From Pirellulales bacterium (GTDB lineage Bacteria; Planctomycetota; Planctomycetia; Pirellulales; PALSA-1355), in NCBI GenBank assembly GCA_040877415.1, contig JBBDNV010000128.1:14953-78952 (forward strand): a DNA stretch of 64,000 bases, read 5' to 3'. The position numbers were made by a program, and so were the translations under genes. This document shows positions 19,617 to 28,301 of this stretch, in pieces. Position 1 is the first letter of the stretch; each line of letters opens with the position of its first letter. Under the pieces are notes generated by a model. That model made no database searches, was not told the DNA's origin, and was given only the letters and a program-made list of their open reading frames with translations.

Positions 19617-19979
19617 ATGCCGTTCGCCTTCGAGAAGTTACAGGTCTATCAGAAGGCGATTTCATTCGCCGATGAAATCTGCACTCTCACGCGCGACCTG
19701 CCGCGAGGATACTTCTTTTTGGCCGACCAGCATAACCGCGCCGCGCTCTCCATCGCCGCCAACATCGCCGAAGGCAACGGCCGCTTCACCAAAGCCGATC
19801 GACGCAACTTTTTCGGCATCGCGCGTGGGTCAGTGCAAGAATGTGTGCCGCCGCTTGAATTGGCCGCGCGGCGGGGCTTGATCAAGACCACGCAGCATGC
19901 TCAATTCAAGTCTCAGCTCGAAGAGATTTCAATGATGCTCTCCGGCCTCATCAAGGGGCTGGACAATCGGGAGATCTGA
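19617..19979 (+). CDS. Four-helix-bundle protein (TIGR02436 / 23S rRNA intervening-sequence protein family)
   Basis: The 120-aa protein MPFAFEKLQVYQKAISFADEICTLTRDLPRGY...AANIAEGNGRF...GSVQEC is typical of the family. It lies in a lower-GC stretch. Confidence 0.7.
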   Translation: MPFAFEKLQVYQKAISFADEICTLTRDLPRGYFFLADQHNRAALSIAANIAEGNGRFTKADRRNFFGIARGSVQECVPPLELAARRGLIKTTQHAQFKSQLEEISMMLSGLIKGLDNREI

Positions 19980-20110
19980 CATGAGCGACTGGACGCCGGC
20001 CAGAAAAGTTCAATAACTGTCCGATTGCCGAGATTCTTGATGATGGGAATGTAATACGTTCCCACTAAGGTACATATAGCCGAGTCGCGACGGGTATTAG
20101 ACAAGACTAT

Positions 20111-20614
20111 GTGCCGAAGGACAACCGCGTGGACGAGACGTTCGCGGATTGCTGGAACCGCAAGCGGTCAAATCTCGGTTTTAAGGATATCGAGACCGAG
20201 TTCATCGATTGCGGTGGGCATGTGCTCCCAAGAGACGCCGCGCCGTGTCTCGTTTTCGATATGGCGGCCCGCCCAGCACCGATCTGGGAAGTGTTCGGCA
20301 TTCCGTCCGACTGGTCGCCGGCGGATCGCGAGCGGCTGGCGGCGTGCCGGATGATTGGCTCGGACGGTGCCGGCAATCCAATCTGCGTGGAGCTGGGCAC
20401 CGGGGTAGTCGTACTCCTCGATCACGAGGACTGGTTTCGCACTCGTCAGTTCGTGAATACGAGCGTCCAGAAACTCGCCGAGTGCTTGTTGGCGTACATT
20501 GGTCAGCAAGAGTCGGAGCGGTTCCGCTCAGCCGCGCAGGCCATCGATCCGGCAGCGTTTGCGGTGGGATCGTTCTGGTGGCACGATGCCGCTTGCTTGG
20601 ACACAGACGCCTGA
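20111..20614 (+). CDS. SMI1/KNR4 (SUKH-1) family protein, putative polymorphic-toxin immunity protein
   Basis: The SUKH core signature is present as IGSDGAGNPICVELGTGVVVLLDHEDW (compare IGxDGxGNxLCLDL...V..DHE). The local GC content is lower than in the surrounding genes. Confidence 0.6.
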   Translation: MPKDNRVDETFADCWNRKRSNLGFKDIETEFIDCGGHVLPRDAAPCLVFDMAARPAPIWEVFGIPSDWSPADRERLAACRMIGSDGAGNPICVELGTGVVVLLDHEDWFRTRQFVNTSVQKLAECLLAYIGQQESERFRSAAQAIDPAAFAVGSFWWHDAACLDTDA

Positions 20615-20662
20615 CGGAGCCCCCTTCACCACAGGCCCGGCGAAGGATTGCCCAGGGTGACC

Positions 20663-20686
20663 GTTCAAATCCAGTCGCCTCTCGCC
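20663..20686. repeat. Direct repeat copy B (GTTCAAATCCAGTCGCCTCTCGCC)
   Basis: It shares 13/13 nt with copy A (GTTCAAATCCAGT) and 12/12 nt with copy C (TCCAGTCGCCTC). It sits between the plus-strand gene pair and the minus-strand module. Confidence 0.4.
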
Positions 20687-20812
20687 GCACAGGCGAGGTT
20701 ACGCCGTGAGCTTCACGACCCTTGTCGCGATTTGGACTTCCGGCCCGGAATGCAGGAAGCTTGCCACGTAGTCGTGGACAAACGGTTCAAACGAGCGACA
20801 GTCGCCCCGATC

Positions 20813-21160
20813 TTATCGTAACGTCAAATCCCGTCGTCGGTTGCTACAGCGACTGGGGACCGGATTTGAACTTTTCTGAGCAATCATGCTCCAAATGGCT
20901 TTTGGCTTTCGTCGTCTCGACGGGGCACCTTGGCACTTCGACCTTTCTTGCTCCTGACGAAGTGCATAGCCATCGAGTCCTGAGTTTCGCTTCGTGGGGA
21001 AGACTCGACCGCCAGACTGCTGGTATCCTCCCGGCTGTGTAGCCCACCCCTGTTCTTTCTTCTTCCTCGCAAAGTACACCGCCTCAGCCTTACCTAAATT
21101 TAATTTACCGCACGCTGACGCGCAATCGATTCTTCCCGATACCGAAGATATTCCTTCCAC
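20813..21160 (-). pseudogene. Orphan-like gene fragment created by a ~135 bp duplication of the 3' region of the 270-aa gene
   Basis: The aa stretch GKAEAVYFARKKKEQGWATQPGGYQQSGGRVFPTKRNSGLDGYALRQEQE is about 90% identical to the C-terminal region of the 21530..22342 product. The flanking sequence is unrelated. It overlaps the 151-aa gene by 61 nt. Confidence 0.4.
20937..21072. repeat. ~135 bp direct DNA repeat, copy 1 (about 90% identical to 21719..21855)
   Basis: The near-identical string acgaagtgcatagccatcgagtcctgagtttcgctt.gtggggaagac...ctgttctttcttcttcctcgcaaagta occurs in both copies. Confidence 0.7.
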
Positions 21161-21555
21161 AACTTCAGCATTTGCACAACTTCATCGACGAGTTCAAGGC
21201 AATCGGTGTTGCCGCATTGTGCTGCCGCGTGAGCGCATTCGTCCATGAGCGCGTGAAACCGAGGCAATTGTTCGAGCGCCCACGTTTCCGACGCCGTCCA
21301 TTGAGGTGCGCTCGTGATAAAACCATCGAGCTGGATGTCAAACGCGAGGTACGTGTAGACAAACGCCGAGAATTTCCAAACCTTGCTGTCTGTCGCCGAT
21401 CTCCACTCCTGGTCGATAGGAGTTTCGTAAAGCCCCAGTTCGCACCCTCCGCAATTGAGTAAGCATTCGTCGAACGCGCACAGAAATCTTTTTGCGGGAT
21501 GCGTGTCCTCCAACGACATGACTGGACGATTAATGGTCTTGCGGCGATGTCTCAT
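21100..21555 (-). CDS. Hypothetical Cys-rich cytoplasmic protein, candidate immunity/partner protein of the upstream 270-aa gene
   Basis: The 151-aa ORF has diverse, non-GC-biased composition (ECLLNCGGCELGLYETPIDQEW...). It overlaps the upstream gene by 26 nt (translational coupling). No family was recognised. Confidence 0.45.
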   Translation of the reverse strand: MRHRRKTINRPVMSLEDTHPAKRFLCAFDECLLNCGGCELGLYETPIDQEWRSATDSKVWKFSAFVYTYLAFDIQLDGFITSAPQWTASETWALEQLPRFHALMDECAHAAAQCGNTDCLELVDEVVQMLKLWKEYLRYREESIARQRAVN

Positions 21556-22342
21556 TTTGTCGATTTTTTGCCTGTTTGATCGCGCGCTGTAACGCAGCTT
21601 CCAGCTCAGGATCGTCTAGCCGATCCGGGTGTCCTGTCCGCCCTTCCCCGGCTACACTAGCCTGCCCGCGTAAGTATTCAGGATCGTGCCCTTGCGCTAG
21701 TCCTCGCCTGAAGAAGTCTTCTTGCTCTTTACGAAGTGCATAGCCATCGAGTCCTGAGTTTCGCTTAGTGGGGAAGACGCGCCCGCCAGACTGCTGGTAA
21801 CCTCTCGGCTGTACTGCCCACCCTTGTTCTTTCTTCTTCCTCGCAAAGTATACCGCTTCCGCCTTGCCAAGAAAATCCATGGCAGACTTGTGAACGAGCG
21901 ACATCCGGTCGCCGGTCGGCTTAAAGCCTTGCGCCTCGGCGCCGAGCACGGCGGTGTTGAAGATCTGCACGGCATCGTCACGCGAGAGAGTTCCAGCTCG
22001 AACCCGTTTCTCAAGCTCGTAGACCCAGATCTGTGGCATCGCCTGAACGCCGGGCACGCGAGCCCAATAGGCCCCCAGGATGGCATTGCGAAGGCCACCT
22101 ATGAATGCGCCGGCTCCGATACCCGCCCCCACCGCTGCGCCAGCGCCGGCCCCGCTTCCGACTTTGGGAAGCCAAGAGCTCGTCGGCCCCGTCGTTGGCC
22201 AAGTCGACGATTGTGCGCCGCTGAAAGAAACGAGCTGCGCGGTTGTTTGGTCCCGTTGAAACGCCGCAGTTTGAATCGGATTGGATTCGGCGCCGCTTAC
22301 TTCGCAAAGCAACGCCAACAGCCGGTCACTCCAGACAGCCAA
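21530..22342 (-). CDS. Hypothetical protein with a glycine-zipper segment (GSGAGAGAAVGAGIGAGAFIGG); its C-terminal portion is duplicated downstream
   Basis: The 270-aa ORF is in the low-GC islet. It has a Gly/Ala zipper typical of membrane-inserting peptides or toxins. Its C-terminal 110 aa contain the duplicated module. Confidence 0.5.
   Translation of the reverse strand: MAVWSDRLLALLCEVSGAESNPIQTAAFQRDQTTAQLVSFSGAQSSTWPTTGPTSSWLPKVGSGAGAGAAVGAGIGAGAFIGGLRNAILGAYWARVPGVQAMPQIWVYELEKRVRAGTLSRDDAVQIFNTAVLGAEAQGFKPTGDRMSLVHKSAMDFLGKAEAVYFARKKKEQGWAVQPRGYQQSGGRVFPTKRNSGLDGYALRKEQEDFFRRGLAQGHDPEYLRGQASVAGEGRTGHPDRLDDPELEAALQRAIKQAKNRQNETSPQDH
21719..21855. repeat. ~135 bp direct DNA repeat, copy 2
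   Basis: See copy 1 at 20937..21072. Confidence 0.7.
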
Positions 22343-22358
22343 CTCTCGGTAAAAAAGT

Positions 22359-22376
22359 TCTAACGGTATCCAGTCG
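22359..22376. repeat. Direct repeat copy C (TCCAGTCGCCTCGACTCT); right boundary of the low-GC islet
   Basis: It shares 12/12 nt with copy B and 15/18 nt with copy A. Confidence 0.4.
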
Positions 22377-22579
22377 CCTCGACTCTGAAATCGAACAGCC
22401 CTTCATCGATCACGGTGCAGGGCTGTTCGTCGTTTCAGGAATGCGACTTACGGCGAATGCCAAATAAGTGGGCTGGGTTCAAATCAAGCGCGAGAAAGAC
22501 CGGGCGACGTCCAAAGTTTCCTACTGTTGGCTTTGGCGAGTTCAAACATCCCGTCGCCCCGCAACAAGATGATCGTGCC

Positions 22580-22602
22580 AGAAAATCGGTCGTTTTTCGA
22601 GA
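22580..22602. promoter_or_regulatory. 21-bp palindromic motif, copy 1 (agaaaatcggtcgtttttcgaga)
   Basis: Consensus cAAAAATCGGTCnTTTTTCGA with AAAAAT/ATTTTT arms. It lies immediately 3' of the DUF1501 gene 2 stop. Confidence 0.45.
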
Positions 22603-22617
22603 TCACTGAACGCGGCA

Positions 22618-24015
22618 TCACCCGATGATCTCCTTCACCACTTCGCCGCGGGAGATGGGGAACGGACGTCCGAGCGCGTCGTGCAGTTCGGCCGTCGGAG
22701 AATAGCCCAGGCAATGGTAAAGGGTGGCCAGCAGGTCCGGTGGGCGGACCAGTCCTTCCATCGGTTCGCCGCCGATCGCGTCGGACGCGCCGTGCACGTG
22801 TCCCCCACGGATGCCGCCTCCGGCCATGGCCACCGAAAACACATTTCCCCAATGATCGCGGCCGCCCGCCGCGTTGATTTTTGGAGTGCGACCGAACTCC
22901 GCCAGACAAACGACCAACGTGTCGTCGAGCATGCCGCGATCGACCAAATCGCCGAGCAAGGCCGAATACGCCTGGTCGAACTGCGGCAGCAGCACGCTGC
23001 GCAGCCGCTGGATCTCCCGGGTGTGTGAATCCCAGCACGGGGTATCTGAAGGCTCGTCGGGAGAGCGAAACCAATTGACTTGAACTAAGCTCACGCCCGC
23101 TTCCACCAACCGGCGAGCCAAGAGCACGCTCTGACCGAACTGCGTGCGCCCGTAACGATCGCGGGCGGCGGCTGGCTCAGCTTCGAGCTGGAAGGCGGCT
23201 CGCGAACGTGGCGACGTGAGCAGATCGAACGCCTGCCGCGTGGCGGCGTCGAACGGCGCCAGCGCTCCGCCGCGCTCGACGGCCGCGCGGTGCCCGTTCA
23301 TCACGGACAAAAGGGACCGTCGCCCTTCGAGCCTGGTCAGCGGCAAGTCAGTCGGCAGCGTAAATTCCGGAATCCTGAAGTTGGCCGACGCCGGCTCGCA
23401 GCGGAACATCCACGGGTCGAACGCACGACCGAGGAACCCGGCGTCTTGCCCCGGCCAAATGGAACCATCCGTATTGAAGATCTGGTGCGGCAATCGCACG
23501 GCCGAGGGCAGTGACGTAGCGCCGTCACGGAGGCGGCGAATCATCGAACCGAAACTCGGCCAGTTGTTGGGCGCGCCCGGATTGGCATTCTCCATGTTCA
23601 TCGGCGCATGGGGCTGACCGGTCAACATGTAGTAGCCGCTCGATGAATGGGCGTTGTCGCCCGTTCGCACGGCGCGCAACAGGCACAGGTGCCTGGCCAA
23701 CAAGGATGTCTTGGGCAGCAATTCGGCCACGTTCAGGCCGGGTACCGTCGTGGCAATGGACTTGAGTTCGCCGCGGACCTCGATGGGAGCGTCGGGCTTG
23801 GGGTCCCAGGTGGAATGCTGGGCGGGCCCCCCGAACAGAAACAGAACGATGCATGACTTGGCGCGCCCGCGACGAGGCGCGGCGTCTTCGGCGGCCGCCT
23901 GCCGCAACAAGTCGGGCAATGTCAAACCGGCCACGCCAAGCGACCCAATTCGCAGCATCTCTCGTCGCGAAATTCCATCGCACAATCGCACCGGCTGCGA
24001 CTCAATCGTGAACAT
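22618..24015 (-). CDS. DUF1501 family protein with a twin-arginine signal (second copy)
   Basis: The ATG at 24015 gives MFTIESQPVRLCDGISRREMLRIGSLGVAGLTLPDLLRQAAA. It carries DUF1501 motifs (GGPAQHSTWDPKP, AEFGRTP, GRDHW). The track ORF start at 24126 is an extension. Confidence 0.85.
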   Translation of the reverse strand: MFTIESQPVRLCDGISRREMLRIGSLGVAGLTLPDLLRQAAAEDAAPRRGRAKSCIVLFLFGGPAQHSTWDPKPDAPIEVRGELKSIATTVPGLNVAELLPKTSLLARHLCLLRAVRTGDNAHSSSGYYMLTGQPHAPMNMENANPGAPNNWPSFGSMIRRLRDGATSLPSAVRLPHQIFNTDGSIWPGQDAGFLGRAFDPWMFRCEPASANFRIPEFTLPTDLPLTRLEGRRSLLSVMNGHRAAVERGGALAPFDAATRQAFDLLTSPRSRAAFQLEAEPAAARDRYGRTQFGQSVLLARRLVEAGVSLVQVNWFRSPDEPSDTPCWDSHTREIQRLRSVLLPQFDQAYSALLGDLVDRGMLDDTLVVCLAEFGRTPKINAAGGRDHWGNVFSVAMAGGGIRGGHVHGASDAIGGEPMEGLVRPPDLLATLYHCLGYSPTAELHDALGRPFPISRGEVVKEIIG

Positions 24016-24074
24016 GGTTGTGATCTGTCGGACGGTGCGACCATCGCTGCACCCCGGCAGCGTCAGATTCTGGC

Positions 24075-24098
24075 CGCTCCTGGTCAAAAATCGGTCAT
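24075..24098. promoter_or_regulatory. 21-bp palindromic motif, copy 2 (tcaaaaatcggtcatttttcgaca), about 60 nt upstream of the DUF1501 gene 2 start
   Basis: This is the best palindrome of the family. Its position is consistent with an operator or promoter element. Confidence 0.5.
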
Positions 24099-24137
24099 TT
24101 TTCGACACGGCAAGGGGAACAAGCAAAGGACCGTAAT

Positions 24138-25283
24138 CTAATGCGGCGATCGAAGTTCACCACACGCAAAAAGCGCGAGGACGGCATACGCGGTCCCCGC
24201 GTTGGAGATGAGATGCCGCGTGTGCCACGCTTGGGACGGAGTGAACCACCGACCGCTTTCACGCTGATTACTTTTCAGCCACGTAAGGCCTCGCTGCAGA
24301 CGAGGATCGCCAGCTGACAGGCCTGCCTGACGAGCCACGAAGATAACGAAGCCTGTAGCGTATCCGTCACTCGAGAGAGAACTCTTGTAGGCGTCCTCAC
24401 GCCCAATGTAGGGAAGGAACTGGGTCCCGTACCCCTTTTCAGCCTTTGCTTTGGTCACTCGATCAGTCTCCAGCGACGGATCGTTGGCGTTGTCAACGAG
24501 GTTGGCCATGGACCAACCGCCATCGGGCCGCTGGACGTCCATCAGATTTGCCAGAATCTCTGCCTTGGCCTCAGCCGGCAGCAGGTCGTCAACGTAAATC
24601 GACGCCCAGAGCAACATCGCTTTCTGGTGAAGACTGACTGCCGTCGTTCTTCTCAAGAATCGACGAACGCCCTCGATTCCCGCTTTGGCTGTCGGGGTGT
24701 TGGCATAATCGCCCGGAGCCATTCCGGTTCCGACGGCAGCCAAGGTGACTCCGTAATGTTCATCAATCTTCAAGGGCGGTGTATCTCTGAACGGCCAGGC
24801 CCAGCCTCCGTCTGAGCGCTGAAGCGTCCACATGTGGTCGAGCGCTTGGCGGGTAAGCGGATGCAACTTGCCGGTCAGCCAGCGGTCGTTGAGGGCCATT
24901 GCCGAGGCCACGCCAATGGCAACGGCTCCGTCGACATCCTTGCACGAATAGTCGGGCATCGCCTCCCGCTTCCCTGCGACAATTTCCTCGAAGAATTGCC
25001 GAACTTCTGCTGATTGTGGCGAGACACTACCCAGTGTCGGCCGGGCCATCAAGTATGGGAACATCGTGTGGCACGCCGTGCAGGCATGAGTTTTCTGCCA
25101 GTCCAGCGCGGCGCTGTCGAGGTAGCGAGCCGCTCGCTCCAGGGAGAATTCCTTCGCGTGAGGCTCGTTTGGTGCAATGTCCGCAGGCGATTCGACAGAT
25201 TCCGGAGTTATTGGTTCCGTGGCTTTCGACACGGACGCGATGCAAGCGGTGACAATAAGGATTGGCCCGGCGAGTTTTCTCAT
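24138..25283 (-). CDS. Secreted c-type heme (CxxCH) protein with prenyltransferase/squalene-oxidase-like repeats
   Basis: A signal peptide is present. The heme motif is HACTACH. QW-type repeats are QRSDGGWAW, QRPDGGWS and NQRESGRWF. Confidence 0.6.
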   Translation of the reverse strand: MRKLAGPILIVTACIASVSKATEPITPESVESPADIAPNEPHAKEFSLERAARYLDSAALDWQKTHACTACHTMFPYLMARPTLGSVSPQSAEVRQFFEEIVAGKREAMPDYSCKDVDGAVAIGVASAMALNDRWLTGKLHPLTRQALDHMWTLQRSDGGWAWPFRDTPPLKIDEHYGVTLAAVGTGMAPGDYANTPTAKAGIEGVRRFLRRTTAVSLHQKAMLLWASIYVDDLLPAEAKAEILANLMDVQRPDGGWSMANLVDNANDPSLETDRVTKAKAEKGYGTQFLPYIGREDAYKSSLSSDGYATGFVIFVARQAGLSAGDPRLQRGLTWLKSNQRESGRWFTPSQAWHTRHLISNAGTAYAVLALFACGELRSPH

Positions 25284-25545
25284 GGCGTAAGCATACCGCT
25301 TGGAGGATTCGAACGAAAGTTAAAAACGTTGGTTTGCTGCGGCTCGCAGCAGGGCCAAATCGGCGCGAACTCGCAGCCGCGCGTCCTTCCGACAATACGC
25401 GTGAATTCTCGGGACGCTAAGACGGTCCTGTAAAACGGATGAGTTTTTGACACAGTCGGCGAGACGCGTCATCAAACGGTGGTTATTCGGCGCGTCGCAA
25501 GCAAGTCATGAGTTGACGCCGAGTGGAGCGGCAAGATGACGTAAG

Positions 25546-27960
25546 TCATTGATTTGGCCCAGCCGACCAATGGTTGCCCCAGCCAGAGTAGAGGTCATGA
25601 AGAAAGGCTCGCCATTCTTCAGTGGAACGGGAAGGCGGATAGGGAATAGGTGGTTCCGGCTTGGCGGCGGTCCAGACGACTTCGAATTGGCCGTCCGCTA
25701 GTACTCGGCCGATACGCGGAGTCTTGAATGTATGCTGGGTTGCGGGGTCGATGCGAACGTCGCCTCCCGGAGAACGAATTCTTTGGTTGAGCATGGCGCG
25801 GCGAATCTCTGACACGTCAGTGCTCTGCGCGTCAGCAACCGCTTTTGCCCAGAGCTTCACGCCGAAATAGGCGGCTTCCATCGGATCGGTCACTACTCGT
25901 TGAGGTCCGTATTTCGCGCGAAAGCTGGAAACGAATTTGTGATTCTCGGGCGACTCCACGCTTTGAAAGTAATTCCACGCCGCGTAGTCACCCACCATCG
26001 CCGAAACATCCAATTGTCTTAGCGTTTCCTCTTCGACGCTGAACGAGATTGTTGGCACTGACTGGGGCGTGATTCCTGCCTTCCGTAGGTCGGTGAAGAA
26101 CGCCAGGTTGGAATCGCCGTTTATCGAGTTGAGGATGACATCCGGTTTTGCGCTCCTGATCTTTTCAATAATGGGCTGAACGACAGTGCTTCCGAGCGGC
26201 AAATACTCCTCCCCGACCAATTCCGCGCCCAACTCTTTCAGTTGGTCTTTGATAATTGCGTGTGCCACGCGAGGAAAGACATAGTCGGAACCCACAAGAA
26301 AGAATCGCCGTTTGTTTTCGAACGCATACGCCCACTTAACAGCGGGGATGATTTGCTGATTCGGTGCAGCCCCCGTGTAAATCACGTTCGGCGATTCTTC
26401 GATTCCTTCGTACTGCACGGGATATACCAACAGATGATTGTGCTCTTCAAAGATCGGCACGACCGTTTTGCGACTTGCCGAGGTCCAACAGCCGAAGACC
26501 GTGCAAACATGCTCTTTGTTGATCAGCCGTTCAGCTTCGCGGGCGAACGTGGTGGAATCGGATCGGCCGTCTGCCACGACACCCTCGATGGGGCGTCCCA
26601 AGAGACCGCCATCGCGGTTTAGCTCGTGGATTGCCAATAACGTGGCATCGGCGACCGCCGATTCGTTGTGCGCCATAGTCCCCGTCAGCGAATGCAATAT
26701 TCCGACTCGGATCGGTTCACCGGTTGGAGGCGTGATCAAAGTTGGCGAGAGATTGTTCTTATTGGCTCCCGTATTGATTGCCTCCTTCGTGCCACCGTCG
26801 CGCGAGCCAAGACCAAACATGAAGAAAGCAGCAGCCGCGGCGGCTACCAGCGTCATTGCCGTCCCTGCAACCGCTGCCCAGCGAAACCGGCTCTGACTGA
26901 CTGGGGTCGGGGCGGCGGGCGGCCGTGACAGGTTTGTCGCGGATTGGCTGGGTAGCGTAATTCCGGCGCCGGACATCGCCGCCAAAAGGGCTTCCAAATC
27001 CGCACGCATTTCGTCCATCGACTGGTACCTTTGCTCTGGCTTAGTCGCCATCGCACGCTGGACGATCTGCGCACATACTGCGGGGACGGTCGCACTGACT
27101 TCGCGCGGATCTGGTGGGCCCGCGTTGCAGTGCGCGTACATCACTTGAATGATGCTAGCGCTGTCCTGGAATGGGCTCTTACCGGTCAGCAAACTGTAAT
27201 AGGTGCCTCCCAGAGAGTAGATGTCGCTCCGCGCATCAACTTCGCGCGATTCGCATTGCTCCGGGCTCATGTAGTACGGTGTACCGACAATGTGCCCGGC
27301 CTGAGTCATCAGCATTGTCTGGCTCTGCGTTCGTTTCGCCAATCCAAAATCAGAAACTTTGACGGTCCCGTTTTGCGTAAGCAAGAGATTGGCTGGCTTA
27401 ATGTCGCGATGGACCAGCCCTACCTCGTGCGCTGCAGACAGCCCCTTACACGCTTCAATGGCAATGCGAGTTGCTTCGCCGACAGAGTACGCGCCGGCTT
27501 GCTCTAAGTGTTCCGCGGCGCTTCCGGCTGATACGATTTCCATCACCAAGTAATGTGCGGGGCCTTCCTGGGCTACTTCATAAATCGTCACGGCGTTGGG
27601 ATGGTTGAGTTTGCCGGCGCTTTTGGCTTCGGCCAGGAAGCGGTGCAAACTGGCCTCATCCGCCGACAGATCGGCTGGCAAGACCTTGATAGCGACATCG
27701 CGTTCGATGGACGGATCGTGCCCCTTAAGCACCACGCCCATTCCACCAACGCCCAGGAGTGCCGTAATCTCGTACTTCCCCAATCGGCGTCCCACCCACT
27801 GTTCGGGGGCGCTCTGTAATCCGCTTTGCGACAAGGACGCGGTATCGCCGCTAAAGTTCATGGTTTCGCCAAATGAACTAGCCTTATCGCAGTCGACGCC
27901 TTTTTTCTCAGCGTCCGCGGCTCGTTCGGGCACCTGAGAATTCACGGTGAACCTTGGCAA
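25546..27960 (-). CDS. Ser/Thr protein kinase fused through a TM helix to a periplasmic-binding-protein (Leu/Ile/Val-binding, ANF-receptor-like) domain
   Basis: Kinase motifs are GVGGMGVVLKG, AIKVL, HRDIKPANLLL and DFGLA. The TM helix is AAVAGTAMTLVAAAAAAFFMFGL. The C-terminal type I PBP-like domain is ...VVADGRSDSTTFA...PVQYEG.... The true start may be an internal ATG (MNFSGD). Confidence 0.85.
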   Translation of the reverse strand: MPRFTVNSQVPERAADAEKKGVDCDKASSFGETMNFSGDTASLSQSGLQSAPEQWVGRRLGKYEITALLGVGGMGVVLKGHDPSIERDVAIKVLPADLSADEASLHRFLAEAKSAGKLNHPNAVTIYEVAQEGPAHYLVMEIVSAGSAAEHLEQAGAYSVGEATRIAIEACKGLSAAHEVGLVHRDIKPANLLLTQNGTVKVSDFGLAKRTQSQTMLMTQAGHIVGTPYYMSPEQCESREVDARSDIYSLGGTYYSLLTGKSPFQDSASIIQVMYAHCNAGPPDPREVSATVPAVCAQIVQRAMATKPEQRYQSMDEMRADLEALLAAMSGAGITLPSQSATNLSRPPAAPTPVSQSRFRWAAVAGTAMTLVAAAAAAFFMFGLGSRDGGTKEAINTGANKNNLSPTLITPPTGEPIRVGILHSLTGTMAHNESAVADATLLAIHELNRDGGLLGRPIEGVVADGRSDSTTFAREAERLINKEHVCTVFGCWTSASRKTVVPIFEEHNHLLVYPVQYEGIEESPNVIYTGAAPNQQIIPAVKWAYAFENKRRFFLVGSDYVFPRVAHAIIKDQLKELGAELVGEEYLPLGSTVVQPIIEKIRSAKPDVILNSINGDSNLAFFTDLRKAGITPQSVPTISFSVEEETLRQLDVSAMVGDYAAWNYFQSVESPENHKFVSSFRAKYGPQRVVTDPMEAAYFGVKLWAKAVADAQSTDVSEIRRAMLNQRIRSPGGDVRIDPATQHTFKTPRIGRVLADGQFEVVWTAAKPEPPIPYPPSRSTEEWRAFLHDLYSGWGNHWSAGPNQ

Positions 27961-28301
27961 ATTGTGGACTTCGGGCAGCAGCCCCGCAGCTGAAGCTTAG
28001 GAGTTTTTATTCTACCATGAGTTCTGAGTCACGACACAAGTGCTTAAGCGGTGCCCTAAAGATCGCCAATCGTGCGGTAGCCGGTCGTCAGACGGAGTGC
28101 AATTACGCATCACGGCAGAAAACCAAGTATCGTTGGGTTCTCGGCACGTCTCATAAAACCCCACATCGGCCGTTTCTCGGGACACCGGCTGGAGGTGCGT
28201 AAGAGAGGAGGCGTTTTTCGAGGCGAGCAGCGTCAACTTCCGGATTACAATGCGTGGCCGAGGGCACATCCATACGATGCTAGATTGTCGAGGCCCCAGC
28301 G

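Noticed and set aside
20722-21042. 106-aa plus-strand ORF
   Set aside because: It lies antisense to the duplicated module and orphan fragment. It has no start context or motifs.
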